Below are positions 1-9,679 of a DNA stretch of 64,000 nucleotides, in pieces (position 1 is the stretch's first letter; each line of letters opens with the position of its first letter). The notes beneath the pieces were generated by a model. It saw nothing but the letters and a program-made list of their open reading frames with translations, was not told the DNA's origin and did not search any database. The position numbers and the translations under genes are program-made. This DNA is from an uncultured bacterium (GTDB lineage: Bacteria > Verrucomicrobiota > Verrucomicrobiia > Verrucomicrobiales > DEV007). The stretch spans positions 192,001-256,000 of the forward strand of contig CAXBMO010000002.1 in NCBI GenBank assembly GCA_963977015.1, written 5' to 3'.

Positions 1-195
1 GGCATTCTCCAGAGTTTCCTGAATCGAATGGAGGCTTACGACATGATCGATAAATTGCCGGAGATGCGCAACGTCTTCCGCCAATTCCAAGCCGAGGGAA
101 ACAAGTATGAGCAAGTCCTGCACGAGATCATCGAAGAAGAGCGCCCCCCGATGATCGAGATTGAAGAATACCGGAAGAAGTTTGGGCGCGATTAG
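1..195 (+). CDS. 3' end of a glycosyltransferase, probably glucosyl-3-phosphoglycerate synthase (GpgS-like); partial
   Basis: Frame 1 is open from the window edge: GILQSFLNRMEAYDMIDKLPEMRNVFRQFQAEGNKYEQVLHEIIEEERPPMIEIEEYRKKFGRD*. The ERPPM motif resembles the GpgS C-terminus, and a GT4 and a HAD phosphatase gene follow. Confidence 0.55.
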   Translation, partial: GILQSFLNRMEAYDMIDKLPEMRNVFRQFQAEGNKYEQVLHEIIEEERPPMIEIEEYRKKFGRD

Positions 196-206
196 ATGCT
201 GAAAGC

Positions 207-1646
207 GTGAAGATCGCCATCGTTCACTACCATTTGCGCCGTGGCGGAGTCACCCGCGTCATTGAAGACGCCGTCGCCAGCCTGGAGGGGCACGGAGTCG
301 AAACGGTGGTGCTCGCGGGCGAATCTTATCTCGGCGACCGCCTGCCGAACGTCCGCGTAATCGAGGGGCTGGGCTACCGCAACACGGCGACGGAACAAGA
401 TGCCCGCCACCTGGCTCGCGAGATGCAAAGCGCGGTAACCGATGCGTTGGGAACCGATCCTGACCTGTGGCACATTCACAATCATAGCCTCGCCAAAAAC
501 GTCGCGTTTCCCGAAGCCGTTCATCATCTCCTCCTCGATGGCGCAAAGCTCCTTCTTCAAGTTCACGACTTTGCTGAAGACGGTCGCCCGGCCAACTACG
601 AGCGCCAAACCGCCTACTACGCCGGTCGCGAAGACAGCCGCGCCGAGCAACTCTATCCCCGGGGCACCCAAATTCACTACGCCACGCTCAATCAGCGCGA
701 TTCCCTCCATCTCTGCAATGCCGGAATCGATGCTGGCCACCTGCATTGGCTCCCCAATTCGGTGACGCCACCTCCCTGCAGCCAGCCTCGAACCGATCCC
801 TTTCCTGGCAAGCGCTTCATCCTTTACCCGGTCCGCGGCATCCGACGCAAAAATCTGGGCGAACTCATGCTCCTGAGCTTGCTCAATCCCGACGCCGTTT
901 TCGGGGTGACACTGGAACCCGAGAATCCGGAATGGCGGCAGATCCACGACGAATGGGCGAAGTTTTCACGGCAACATCGACTGCCCGTTCACCTCGCCTA
1001 CGGGCGCCACGGTCCCCTCTCCTACCCGGAATTGATTCACCGCGCAGATGTCATGATTTCCACGTCCGTCGCGGAAGGTTTTGGCTTGGCCTTCCTCGAA
1101 CCGTGGCTCGCCGACAAAGCCGTCGTCGGTCGCGACCTTCCGAAGATCACGCGCGATTTCGTCAAACAGGGAGTCAAACTGGATCACCTCTATCAGCGAC
1201 TCGAAATCCCCATGAAATGGATCGACGAACCCGACCTCCATGCGGCCCTCGCTGACGGACTGTTCGAATCCTACCAAAGCTACAATCGCGAACCTCCGGC
1301 AGACGCCGTCGACCGAGCCTGGGCCACCACGGTACGAGCCCATCGAGTGGACTTTGGCCGGCTAAGTGAATCCTTTCAACGCCAGGCCCTGGAGCGCTGC
1401 CTTTCCGAACCGAACCTTCGCCATTCCATTTCCGCACCCACGTTGGCTCTGGAGGAGGAGGATCGAATCGCCGAGAATCGTGAGCTCATTGAGCAGAGTT
1501 ACAGTCTCTCGCAATACGGCCCGCGACTGCTCGAAATCTATCGCGAAATTGCCGCCAGTCCCTTGGGCGAACTCTCGAGCTATGATGCCGACGCCGTGCT
1601 CGACGCCTTCCTCGCCCCAGAAAATTTCAACCTCCTCCGTGCATGA
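207..1646 (+). CDS. GT4 glycosyltransferase, putative mannosylglucosyl-3-phosphoglycerate synthase (MggA-like)
   Basis: N-terminal HYHLRRGGVTRVI; YPVRGIRRKNLGE and EGFGLAFLEPW GT-B motifs; GTG start; ATGA overlap with the next gene. Confidence 0.8.
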   Translation: MKIAIVHYHLRRGGVTRVIEDAVASLEGHGVETVVLAGESYLGDRLPNVRVIEGLGYRNTATEQDARHLAREMQSAVTDALGTDPDLWHIHNHSLAKNVAFPEAVHHLLLDGAKLLLQVHDFAEDGRPANYERQTAYYAGREDSRAEQLYPRGTQIHYATLNQRDSLHLCNAGIDAGHLHWLPNSVTPPPCSQPRTDPFPGKRFILYPVRGIRRKNLGELMLLSLLNPDAVFGVTLEPENPEWRQIHDEWAKFSRQHRLPVHLAYGRHGPLSYPELIHRADVMISTSVAEGFGLAFLEPWLADKAVVGRDLPKITRDFVKQGVKLDHLYQRLEIPMKWIDEPDLHAALADGLFESYQSYNREPPADAVDRAWATTVRAHRVDFGRLSESFQRQALERCLSEPNLRHSISAPTLALEEEDRIAENRELIEQSYSLSQYGPRLLEIYREIAASPLGELSSYDADAVLDAFLAPENFNLLRA

Positions 1647-2452
1647 CCCACGCCGAACGCTTTCGCCGCCTTTCCTCTCCACTTGAGCCCATTCCCACCA
1701 AAGAGACGCCACAGCTTGATGCGCTGGAAGGAATCGAGGCTGTCGTCTTCGACATTTACGGGACCCTCGTCATTTCCGGATCGGGCGATATTGGCCTGAT
1801 CGACGAATCCAACCGCGAGAACGCGATGCGCGAAGCATTCGAAGCTGTCGGAGCAACCATGCCCGAGGGAGCAAGCACGCGGTTTTACCAACTCATCCGC
1901 GAAGATCGCGAGGCCAGCCATGTCGAGCATCCGGAAGTCGAAATTCGCGAGATCTGGCGCAAACTGGCGGGCGACGACGTCGGCGTGGAAGCTCTCGCCA
2001 TCGAGTATGAATGCCGCACCAATGTGGTTTGGCCCATGCCCAACCTCGTCGAAACTCTGGGACAATTGCGGGAACGCGGACTTCGACTCGGCATCGTCTC
2101 CAACGCCCAGTTTTACACGCCGCACCTCTTCGAGGCGTTTTGCAATGCAACGCTGGACGAACTCGGTTTCGATCCCGAGCTTCAGGTTTTTTCGTTCGAC
2201 CTGCGCGAAGGCAAGCCTTCCACACTGCTTTACGCCGAGATCGCCAAAAGCCAGGATCCCAAGCGGGCCCTTTTCGTCGGCAATGACATGCTGAAAGACA
2301 TCTGGCCGGCTCAAACGGTCGGATTCAAAACCGCACTTTTCGCCGGCGATCAACGCTCTCTCCGCAACCGCGAAGATGATCCCCGTGTTGCCGAAACGCA
2401 CCCAGATCTCGTCATCACGGATCTCGCGCAATTGCCGGGCGCGATCAAATAA
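1643..2452 (+). CDS. HAD-family phosphatase, putative mannosylglucosyl-3-phosphoglycerate phosphatase (MggB-like)
   Basis: HAD motifs VFDIYGTL, IVSN, KP and VGNDMLKDI; translationally coupled to the GT4 gene. Confidence 0.8.
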   Translation: MTHAERFRRLSSPLEPIPTKETPQLDALEGIEAVVFDIYGTLVISGSGDIGLIDESNRENAMREAFEAVGATMPEGASTRFYQLIREDREASHVEHPEVEIREIWRKLAGDDVGVEALAIEYECRTNVVWPMPNLVETLGQLRERGLRLGIVSNAQFYTPHLFEAFCNATLDELGFDPELQVFSFDLREGKPSTLLYAEIAKSQDPKRALFVGNDMLKDIWPAQTVGFKTALFAGDQRSLRNREDDPRVAETHPDLVITDLAQLPGAIK

Positions 2453-2466
2453 CCGCAGTTGTTTGA

Positions 2467-4074
2467 TCAGCGGTATTTCCGCAGCGGATCTTCGTTCCAC
2501 TCCGGCAATCGGGAAACTTCATCGACCACGCCCGGACTGAGCGGGAGCCCAAGTGTCTGGTAATGGGGCGCAAGGTTCTTCCCAACGGCTTGGGAAAAGC
2601 GCCGAACCCATTCATCGTTGCGGCGCTGTTTCGAAGCGGGCATCTCCCAGACCTCAAGGCGATTGTATTCGTCAAAAATGCGTTGGAAAGGCTTCCAGCC
2701 AAATGCGTCCTGAATGCAGAGATAGGAATCAAGCGCAGTCCAACTGTTCCAATTTTTGGCGAAGTCAGGAACTCCGCTGAAATAGGCATTGCGGAGTTGC
2801 TGGCGGCGGAGGGGATGAAAATTCGGGTGGAGTTGGTCGCGAGGAATCTGCAGGAGTTCATCGGCAAGGTAGGCTCCCCAGAGATTGCAGGTCGCCTCGG
2901 TCGTTCCCGGCAGATGCCAGAAGTTGTGTTGATGGTTGTGACCGAGTTCGTGAAAAAAGCGGTAGCTGCCGCGTTTGCGCAGTTCTGTCGCGTTCACAGC
3001 CAGGGCGGCATCAGGTCCGGCATGAGCAGCAAACGGGTAGCCGGAATGCGCGGATCCGGAGAGGAGTTGGCGATCAAAGACAATGCGTTCCGCGCGATAG
3101 TTGGAGCGGTCGATCTTGACCAGTTCGGCGGACGTATCGACGATCTGATTCCACAGGGTCATGACTTCGTCCGGGTTTTCCAGATTGCGGACATAGTTGC
3201 TGGGTAAGGCGAGAATCATGCGATCGGAAACGAGTTCCGCCCACGGAGCTGGAGCGTGGCGGAGCATCGTTTTCCATTCATCGAGAGTGGTTTGGCCATG
3301 GACGTAGAGCGGCGCAGCGACCGCGCCCGAGATGGTAACATCGAAACTTCCAAGTCTGGCATCTCGCGGAATCCCAATGGTAATGAGACCGCCCAGCCCG
3401 TTGGCAACACGGCGTTCCGGTTGGCTCATGACAAATGACCGGAGAAGACGTGGGTAGCGCCACCACTCCGCTTTGTCCGTGATGTTTCCCCAGTAGGCGC
3501 CGATGCTGACCGTGACGCCCTTTCGGACGAACTCAGGAGGAACAGAAACGGTGACAACTTTGCCCGGCGGCGCATAAAGGCCGGTGGAACGTTTTTCCCC
3601 GATGAACCAATGTCCGCTAACGCGCCCGCCAAGCCAACCCCGGTAGTTTCCGTCGATCTTGATGGTTCGAGTGATTCGCGGAGCCTCTTCGGGAACCAAA
3701 CCGGGATAATCCCCGGCCGCGTCGATGGGCCAGAGTTGTTCCGGTGGAAGAATCTGGTTGAAGTGATCCTCAAGGCGGATGATGGCGGCCGGCAAAATCT
3801 GCTCCGCCGGACGAATGGGAAACTCCTTGGTCGGAATGATGGGCCCCAGTTCGCCCCGAAGCTCGTGAAAGGCGGTCAGAAAGTCGGCGAGTTCTCGACC
3901 GTTGAGCGTTGCGCCCCTGGAGAGCGCGGAAACGCGTTGAGGTTCGGCGCGGTTCGCCGGATCAAGAAGTTCGCGTGCTGCTACAAGCGGTTCAGAGGCC
4001 TCCGCCCCGGAATGCCCCATCACGACGCCGACGATCAAGCAAACCGGAACTGTAATCCACGCACCAATAAACAC
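2467..4074 (-). CDS. M60-like metallopeptidase (short paralog)
   Basis: STGLYAPPG, APWAEL and HELGHNHQ...TEATCN (HExxH plus downstream E); hydrophobic N-terminus. Confidence 0.85.
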   Translation of the reverse strand: MFIGAWITVPVCLIVGVVMGHSGAEASEPLVAARELLDPANRAEPQRVSALSRGATLNGRELADFLTAFHELRGELGPIIPTKEFPIRPAEQILPAAIIRLEDHFNQILPPEQLWPIDAAGDYPGLVPEEAPRITRTIKIDGNYRGWLGGRVSGHWFIGEKRSTGLYAPPGKVVTVSVPPEFVRKGVTVSIGAYWGNITDKAEWWRYPRLLRSFVMSQPERRVANGLGGLITIGIPRDARLGSFDVTISGAVAAPLYVHGQTTLDEWKTMLRHAPAPWAELVSDRMILALPSNYVRNLENPDEVMTLWNQIVDTSAELVKIDRSNYRAERIVFDRQLLSGSAHSGYPFAAHAGPDAALAVNATELRKRGSYRFFHELGHNHQHNFWHLPGTTEATCNLWGAYLADELLQIPRDQLHPNFHPLRRQQLRNAYFSGVPDFAKNWNSWTALDSYLCIQDAFGWKPFQRIFDEYNRLEVWEMPASKQRRNDEWVRRFSQAVGKNLAPHYQTLGLPLSPGVVDEVSRLPEWNEDPLRKYR

Positions 4075-6315
4075 CTACTTGATGTAGCGCTTTACCGGAT
4101 GGTCATCCCACGCCGGCAACTGGCTGGTTTTCTGGCTTACGAACTCGCTCATCGGAAGGTTCCAGGCGGCATAGTAGGGAGCCAGGTTCGCGTTGCAGGC
4201 TTTGGAAAGGCGGATGACCCATTGGTCATTCTTCTCCTGCTGCGACTTGGGCCATTCATCTTGCGGAAGGTTGTTGTATTCATCGAACACGGCTTTGAAG
4301 GGCTCCCAGCCAAACTCCTCTTGAATCAACAGGTAGCAGTCGAGCGCGGTCCACACGGCCCATTCGTCCTGAAAATTTCGACCGCCATTGAAGTAGGCAT
4401 TCCGCAATTGCTGGCGCTTGAGGGGATTGACACCGCCATGCGTTTTGTCGCGATGTTTCCCAACATACTCTTCGAAGATGTAGACGCTCCAGAGATTGCA
4501 GGTGGTTTCCCCGGTGCCGGGAAGAGACCAGAGATTGTGTTGATGATTGTGCCCATATTCGTGAAAGAAGCCCCAATTCCCGTCACGCTTGAGCGATGAG
4601 GCATCGACAGCTTGTTCCGCGCCTTTGCCGAGATGAGCCGCGACCGGGTAACCACTGTGCATGGAACCCGCAGCGGTCTGCCGGTCAAAAACGATGCGTT
4701 CGGCCCGGTAGTCGTCGCGGTCGACAACGACCAGTTCAGCCGCAGTATCGATATAGGCGTTCCAGACTTCCATGACTTCATCCGGGTTGTTGAGATTGCG
4801 AATATATTCGCAGGGAAGCGCGATAATCATCCGTTCGCTCGCCAGTTCAGCCCAGGGGGCCGGATGCTTGCGAAGCGTGGACTTCCAGTCGCTCACGGAG
4901 GTTTGACCATGAACGTAAAGCGGCGCCTCGATGGCTCCTTCGATCTGGATTTCCTGTTCCCCAAACTCGGCACCGCGGGGGACACGAATGGTGATGAGCC
5001 CACCCAAGCCATTGGCCGCCGTGGTTTCTCTGCTTTTGATCTCCACACTGCGCTGAAGCCGAGGCCAGCGTTGCCATTTGTCCCGATTGTTCAAACCACC
5101 TCGATACGCACCGATCACAATCTCGAATCCGCTCCCGGCGATACGCCCGGGAACGGTGACCCGAACAGTCTCGCCGGGAACCGCATAAAGACCGGTTGGC
5201 CGCATTTCCTTCGCATTGTTGGCTCCAGCCCCCCGTCCGCTGAGCCAGCCCTTGTAGTTGCAATCAACAGCCAGGGTTCGCGTGACGCGGGGAGCGTCCT
5301 CCGGAACTGCGCCAGGGTAATCCTGCGCGGCAGCAATCGGGCGAACTTTCTCAGCGGGAAGCGTTTGGTTCAATTGATCGATCAGTTCGATGACCGTGTC
5401 GATCAGTTCGTTCTGGCCCGGAATGACGGGATTCTCTTTCGTCGGAACGATGGGTCCGATCGCGTTGTCGAGTTCAGCCAACGCTTCAAGAAAGCCATCC
5501 AGCTCCTCCCCTTTCAGCCGGTAGCCATTCTTGAGTTCCTTGATGAGCTGTGGCGTTGCGGATTTCCCACCATTCTGAGCCAGCTTTTTCGAAGCCGCGA
5601 TTGGGAGAGGAACTCCGGAGCTATCGACCGGCGGAGGACCAAATGCGATGGAATTGCGAACGCTGGCGTAGCCGCTGGATTGAAAGGTAATGCCTGCGAG
5701 GCTGCCGACCTGGTTTCCCGGAAACGTGGCAAAATCAGGAAATTTGTCCCCAAAAGGCCACGGCGTTGCCGCAATGATCACCCCGCTTCCTTTGAGGGCG
5801 AAGCGACGCACACTCTCAACTCCTTTTTCGGACAGGGCCTCGTGGCCAATGAAGCAGTAAACATCAACCTGGTTGATCAGGTCTTCGGGCTCGACTTCCC
5901 TCACCGTCATTCCTAGTTCGGTCAAAACCGGCTCCAATTGGGAAAGGCTGGGCGAAAGCCCGACACTTGGTCTCGTCGATCTTCCAGCCCAGCGAATCGT
6001 GTTCGCGACGAGCAATTTTACGCCGGCCTGATCCATCAACGCTCCGGGCTTGAGAAACGAACCATGAGCGAAAGCGGCGACCCGTCCCTTCGTTCCGGTA
6101 AGCCCGATAGCGCCAAAAACCTTGCCGTCTTCATTCGTGAGAAGTTCCCGAGAACTGGCCGCCTGGAGCTCGAGAACTCCCGGAATGCTCTTGCCGAGCG
6201 AAAACTCGTCAACCTTTGAGGTGATCAGATCAATATCTTTCCGGCTTGGACTCGCCGCGAATGTTGAAACCACCAGCAAGAAGGAGACGACACCAACATG
6301 GATTGTGGGCTTCAT
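4075..6315 (-). CDS. Secreted M60-like metallopeptidase with N-terminal extension
   Basis: Signal peptide; PTGLYAVPG, APWAEL and HEYGHNHQ...GETTCN motifs; its stop codon abuts the start of the paralog. Confidence 0.88.
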   Translation of the reverse strand: MKPTIHVGVVSFLLVVSTFAASPSRKDIDLITSKVDEFSLGKSIPGVLELQAASSRELLTNEDGKVFGAIGLTGTKGRVAAFAHGSFLKPGALMDQAGVKLLVANTIRWAGRSTRPSVGLSPSLSQLEPVLTELGMTVREVEPEDLINQVDVYCFIGHEALSEKGVESVRRFALKGSGVIIAATPWPFGDKFPDFATFPGNQVGSLAGITFQSSGYASVRNSIAFGPPPVDSSGVPLPIAASKKLAQNGGKSATPQLIKELKNGYRLKGEELDGFLEALAELDNAIGPIVPTKENPVIPGQNELIDTVIELIDQLNQTLPAEKVRPIAAAQDYPGAVPEDAPRVTRTLAVDCNYKGWLSGRGAGANNAKEMRPTGLYAVPGETVRVTVPGRIAGSGFEIVIGAYRGGLNNRDKWQRWPRLQRSVEIKSRETTAANGLGGLITIRVPRGAEFGEQEIQIEGAIEAPLYVHGQTSVSDWKSTLRKHPAPWAELASERMIIALPCEYIRNLNNPDEVMEVWNAYIDTAAELVVVDRDDYRAERIVFDRQTAAGSMHSGYPVAAHLGKGAEQAVDASSLKRDGNWGFFHEYGHNHQHNLWSLPGTGETTCNLWSVYIFEEYVGKHRDKTHGGVNPLKRQQLRNAYFNGGRNFQDEWAVWTALDCYLLIQEEFGWEPFKAVFDEYNNLPQDEWPKSQQEKNDQWVIRLSKACNANLAPYYAAWNLPMSEFVSQKTSQLPAWDDHPVKRYIK

Positions 6316-7499
6316 GATTCGTCAGAAGGTGCAGTGTAGGAGAACTCCAGCTTGGCATCGGGAGAGATCTCGACCAACGAAGGGTGAGATACCGAAACGG
6401 TGCCGTGCCGAGGGTCTTTCGTTGCCTCATAAATGGATCCGTAGAATTCAACCCGGCTCAGGCCTGCAATCGGCCCATCTTTCTCGGTCGCACGAAATTT
6501 CCCATTCCGAACGCGAAGCGTCGTGATTGGCAACCATTTGCCTTCCGGATAGAAGGAAACGGATCCCCAACTCACCGGAGTGGAATTGAGCATGACCGTT
6601 CCCGAAACGGGAACCCGTTTCCCTTTCCCGAGAAACTGATTGGTGCTGAGCCACCCCCGGAGATGCCCTCCCCAGGTCTCCAGAATCGGATCGCCCGGCA
6701 TCAGCCCAACGCCATGTGGCCCTTTTTGGTAGATGTGCATTTCCGCCGGGATCCCATGCTTTCGCAATCCTAGGTAAAAAAGCACGCTGTTCTCCACAGG
6801 GACGACCGGGTCTTCCCCTGTATGAAAGAGAAACGTCGGAGGTGTGTCCGCCTTAATCTGCAGTTCGGTGGAAACGAGGCGAACCTGGTAAGATTCCGGA
6901 TCGACGTTTTCCCCGAAAAGGTTGCGGCGAGTTCCGCCATGAGCGTATTCGGTGGACAGCGAGATGACGGGATAACAAAGCACGAGGAAGTCGGGACGCG
7001 AACTGGAACGTTCCACCGGGTCGACCGCATTCGGCATGCCGGAATCAAACATCGTGCCGGTCATGGAACAGAGGTGCCCGCCTGCCGAGAATCCCATCGA
7101 GCCAATTCTTTGAGGATCGACACCAAACTCTTTCGCGTTTGCCCTCACGGAGCGGATTGCCCGGCGGGCATCGTTGATTTGGGTTGGATGATGATAGCCG
7201 TTGCTTCCAAGCCGGTAGTAGACCACAAACGCAGCAACCCCAAAATCATTGAAGTAGCGAGCAATCTGGTGCCCCTCGTGATCGGCGGCCAATCCACCAT
7301 AACCTCCCCCAGGAAAGATCACCACGCCGCAGCCATTCGCATCTTGGGCGTCCGGCAAATAGACGTCCATGAAGGGTTGATCGATGGCCTCGAGCCCTTT
7401 GGCTCCCGGCGCTCCATCGGGCCACAATTTCTGCCGTTCCTGAGACACGGCCGACGAAGCCAGGGCAACTGTCAGCAGCCCGTAAAAGAGGATTTTCAT
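6312..7499 (-). CDS. Secreted alpha/beta hydrolase (esterase) with C-terminal beta-sandwich domain
   Basis: Signal peptide; PGGGY oxyanion loop, GFSAGG nucleophile, DPVV and HGVG catalytic motifs. Confidence 0.85.
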   Translation of the reverse strand: MKILFYGLLTVALASSAVSQERQKLWPDGAPGAKGLEAIDQPFMDVYLPDAQDANGCGVVIFPGGGYGGLAADHEGHQIARYFNDFGVAAFVVYYRLGSNGYHHPTQINDARRAIRSVRANAKEFGVDPQRIGSMGFSAGGHLCSMTGTMFDSGMPNAVDPVERSSSRPDFLVLCYPVISLSTEYAHGGTRRNLFGENVDPESYQVRLVSTELQIKADTPPTFLFHTGEDPVVPVENSVLFYLGLRKHGIPAEMHIYQKGPHGVGLMPGDPILETWGGHLRGWLSTNQFLGKGKRVPVSGTVMLNSTPVSWGSVSFYPEGKWLPITTLRVRNGKFRATEKDGPIAGLSRVEFYGSIYEATKDPRHGTVSVSHPSLVEISPDAKLEFSYTAPSDES

Positions 7500-7511
7500 G
7501 AATGGAAGCGA

Positions 7512-8576
7512 TTAGGATTCCGCCGTGTTCGAACCGCCAACGATTCCTTCCAATTCGGAAATCCAGCCTTCGGCTTCATCATGCCCGATGTTGGCTTGAA
7601 TGATGTCGAGCATTGACTTTGCAGCCAACGCCCGATTTCCGAATTCATATTGGTCGCGCGCTTGAGCCCACTTCAGTTCAGGAAGCCGCTCCTTCTCAAA
7701 CTGCAACGCAGCCTTGGCCCGCCCCCGAACAAAGCCAGCCATTTGCCCGATCTGACGACGAACGGCACCGGCTTCTCCTTCGTTTCGCTCCTGATACCGC
7801 TCCATTTTATCCTCAAACTCGATAAAGAGCTTCGCCATGGCAACTTCCTGTTTAATCCGAGAAGACCAGGCATTGTCCAAACTCGCCGGCATTTTTTCGC
7901 GGAGATAAGGCAAAATCGTCTTTTCATACACACCACCAATATTCAGGGGATTGCCCTCCCACCGTTCCGCGTTCCGGGCCAACGCCTCATCCAATTCATA
8001 AACCTCCGCGAAAATGGTGGAAGCAATATTCCGATTGAGCTCAGGGTGAGGTGGCTCACTCAGCGTCGAGAGTTTCGCCATGAAACTTGTCAGCGGCGTG
8101 AACACTGTGGAAATTTCCTCGGTTTGAGCCGACCGGGTTGCGAGCGCCAGATACTCCAATTGGAGCTGAAGCGCCGTGAGAAAGGGCTCAAACTCATGCT
8201 GCTCCTCGTTGGCATTTCTCCATTCCCGAAAATCACTGTCGCTCTTGTTCATCCGGGTGAAATTGATTTCCTGATGACAGCGCAAATACAATTCCAGCGC
8301 AGCTTTGGGACTACCGGAAGCAGAGCGAAAAACCTGCTCCGCACTGGAATTCTTGCTCAGCGTCTTGGTCCTGGCAGCCGTTTTGAGCTCCTCCAACTGT
8401 TTTTTGATCGCCTGAATCTGGGATTCAGTCAGTGGAGAAGGTTCTGATTGAGCGACAATCGTCGCGCTGGAAAAGGCGCAAAGGAAGGTAATTTGCAATG
8501 CAGCAACGAGCCGACGCCATGACATGGATTGAAGGGGTTTCGTCATAAGAGAAGAAGATTTGGGTAGACTTAACAT
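7512..8576 (-). CDS. Secreted helical hypothetical protein (start may be 8546 or later)
   Basis: 354-aa ORF with a signal-peptide-like segment ending TIVAQ; first gene of the minus-strand run. Confidence 0.7.
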   Translation of the reverse strand: MLSLPKSSSLMTKPLQSMSWRRLVAALQITFLCAFSSATIVAQSEPSPLTESQIQAIKKQLEELKTAARTKTLSKNSSAEQVFRSASGSPKAALELYLRCHQEINFTRMNKSDSDFREWRNANEEQHEFEPFLTALQLQLEYLALATRSAQTEEISTVFTPLTSFMAKLSTLSEPPHPELNRNIASTIFAEVYELDEALARNAERWEGNPLNIGGVYEKTILPYLREKMPASLDNAWSSRIKQEVAMAKLFIEFEDKMERYQERNEGEAGAVRRQIGQMAGFVRGRAKAALQFEKERLPELKWAQARDQYEFGNRALAAKSMLDIIQANIGHDEAEGWISELEGIVGGSNTAES

Positions 8577-8651
8577 GAGTTGAAACGATGGATCAAGATC
8601 TGTCCTTTGAACTTTCCGCCCAGGAGAGCATCAAATCAGATGAATCTGCGT

Positions 8652-8680
8652 TTGACAGGGGGATAGCTGCCAATTAAGGT
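8652..8680 (+). promoter_or_regulatory. Sigma70-type promoter of rplM-rpsI
   Basis: TTGACA (8652-8657), 17-nt spacer, TAAGGT (8675-8680); 53 nt upstream of rplM. Confidence 0.7.
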
Positions 8681-8733
8681 CGCGACCCCTCTTCGACCGG
8701 GAGAGTTTTGTCGTAATCGACACCAATATCGAG

Positions 8734-9183
8734 ATGAAAACATTTTCAGCCAAGGCGGAAGAAGTAGACCGCAAGTGGTGGATCATTGACGCCAAGGATC
8801 AAGTCCTTGGAGACGTGGCCGTCCAAGCTGCGCGTTTGTTGCGTGGAAAGAACAAGCCCATCTTCACCCCACACTGCGATACGGGAGATTTCGTCATCGT
8901 GATCAACGCCAAGGATGTGAAGTTGACCGGGAAGAAGGAAAGCCAGAAAATTTACACCCGCTACAGCGGATACGTCGGTGGTCAAAAAGCCGAAACGCCT
9001 CGTCAAGTGCGCGAAAACCATCCGGAAAGACTCGTGGAGCGTGCCGTTCGCGGAATGGTGCCCCACAACCGTTTGGGACGAGCAATCTTTAAGAAGCTGA
9101 GAGTTTATTCCGGTTCAGAGCATCCGCACGAAGCCCAGCAACCGGCGGTTTACGATCTCAAAACCAAGAAAGCTGCTGCTTAA
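8734..9183 (+). CDS. rplM: 50S ribosomal protein L13
   Basis: [36 protein letters not shown] and HPHEAQQP. Confidence 0.99.
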   Translation: MKTFSAKAEEVDRKWWIIDAKDQVLGDVAVQAARLLRGKNKPIFTPHCDTGDFVIVINAKDVKLTGKKESQKIYTRYSGYVGGQKAETPRQVRENHPERLVERAVRGMVPHNRLGRAIFKKLRVYSGSEHPHEAQQPAVYDLKTKKAAA

Positions 9184-9197
9184 CCCTTTTTAAAATC

Positions 9198-9587
9198 ATG
9201 GCTGAAGTATACCAAGCAACAGGACGACGCAAAACGGCGGTAGCCCGCGTCCGAATGACTGAAGGCAAAGGCGAAATCGTCATCAACGGACGTAGCTTCG
9301 AAGACTATTTCCCAACCGTCGCCTTGCAAAACAACCTTTTGCAGCCGTTTCAGATCGCCAACCTGATCAACAAGTTCGATCTCAAGGTCAACGCCAACGG
9401 CGGTGGCCCAAATGGACAAGTCGGAGCCATTCGCCTCGGAATCGCTCGCGCCCTGATCAAAGCAGATCCTGAGTTGCGCGGTGCTCTGAAAGAAGAAGGA
9501 ATGCTTCGCCGAGATCCCCGCGCCAAAGAGCGTAAGAAGGCGGGTCAACCTGGTGCGCGGAAGCGTTTCCAGTTCTCCAAGCGTTAA
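9198..9587 (+). CDS. rpsI: 30S ribosomal protein S9
   Basis: ATGRRKTAVARV and C-terminal ERKKAGQPGARKRFQFSKR. Confidence 0.99.
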   Translation: MAEVYQATGRRKTAVARVRMTEGKGEIVINGRSFEDYFPTVALQNNLLQPFQIANLINKFDLKVNANGGGPNGQVGAIRLGIARALIKADPELRGALKEEGMLRRDPRAKERKKAGQPGARKRFQFSKR

Positions 9588-9600
9588 TCTGCGTTCTTTC

Positions 9601-9679
9601 TCCTCCTTTCCAAGGAGGATCAGTGTAGGTTTGTGACGTCCAAAATTTTGGGGCAAGGGTGAAAACCCTTTCATGTTTT
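9601..9679 (+). terminator. Hairpins downstream of rpsI; candidate terminator
   Basis: TCCTCCTT-TCC-AAGGAGGA (9601-9619) and AAGGGT-GAAA-ACCCTT followed by TCATGTTTT (9655-9679). The U-tract is imperfect. Confidence 0.4.

Noticed and set aside
4612-5916. Long antisense ORFs (also 192-947, 15262-16347, 35493-36773, 38333-39568, 39630-40637, 51214-52275)
   Set aside because: These are shadow frames opposite well-supported genes, common in GC-rich DNA, and carry no motifs.
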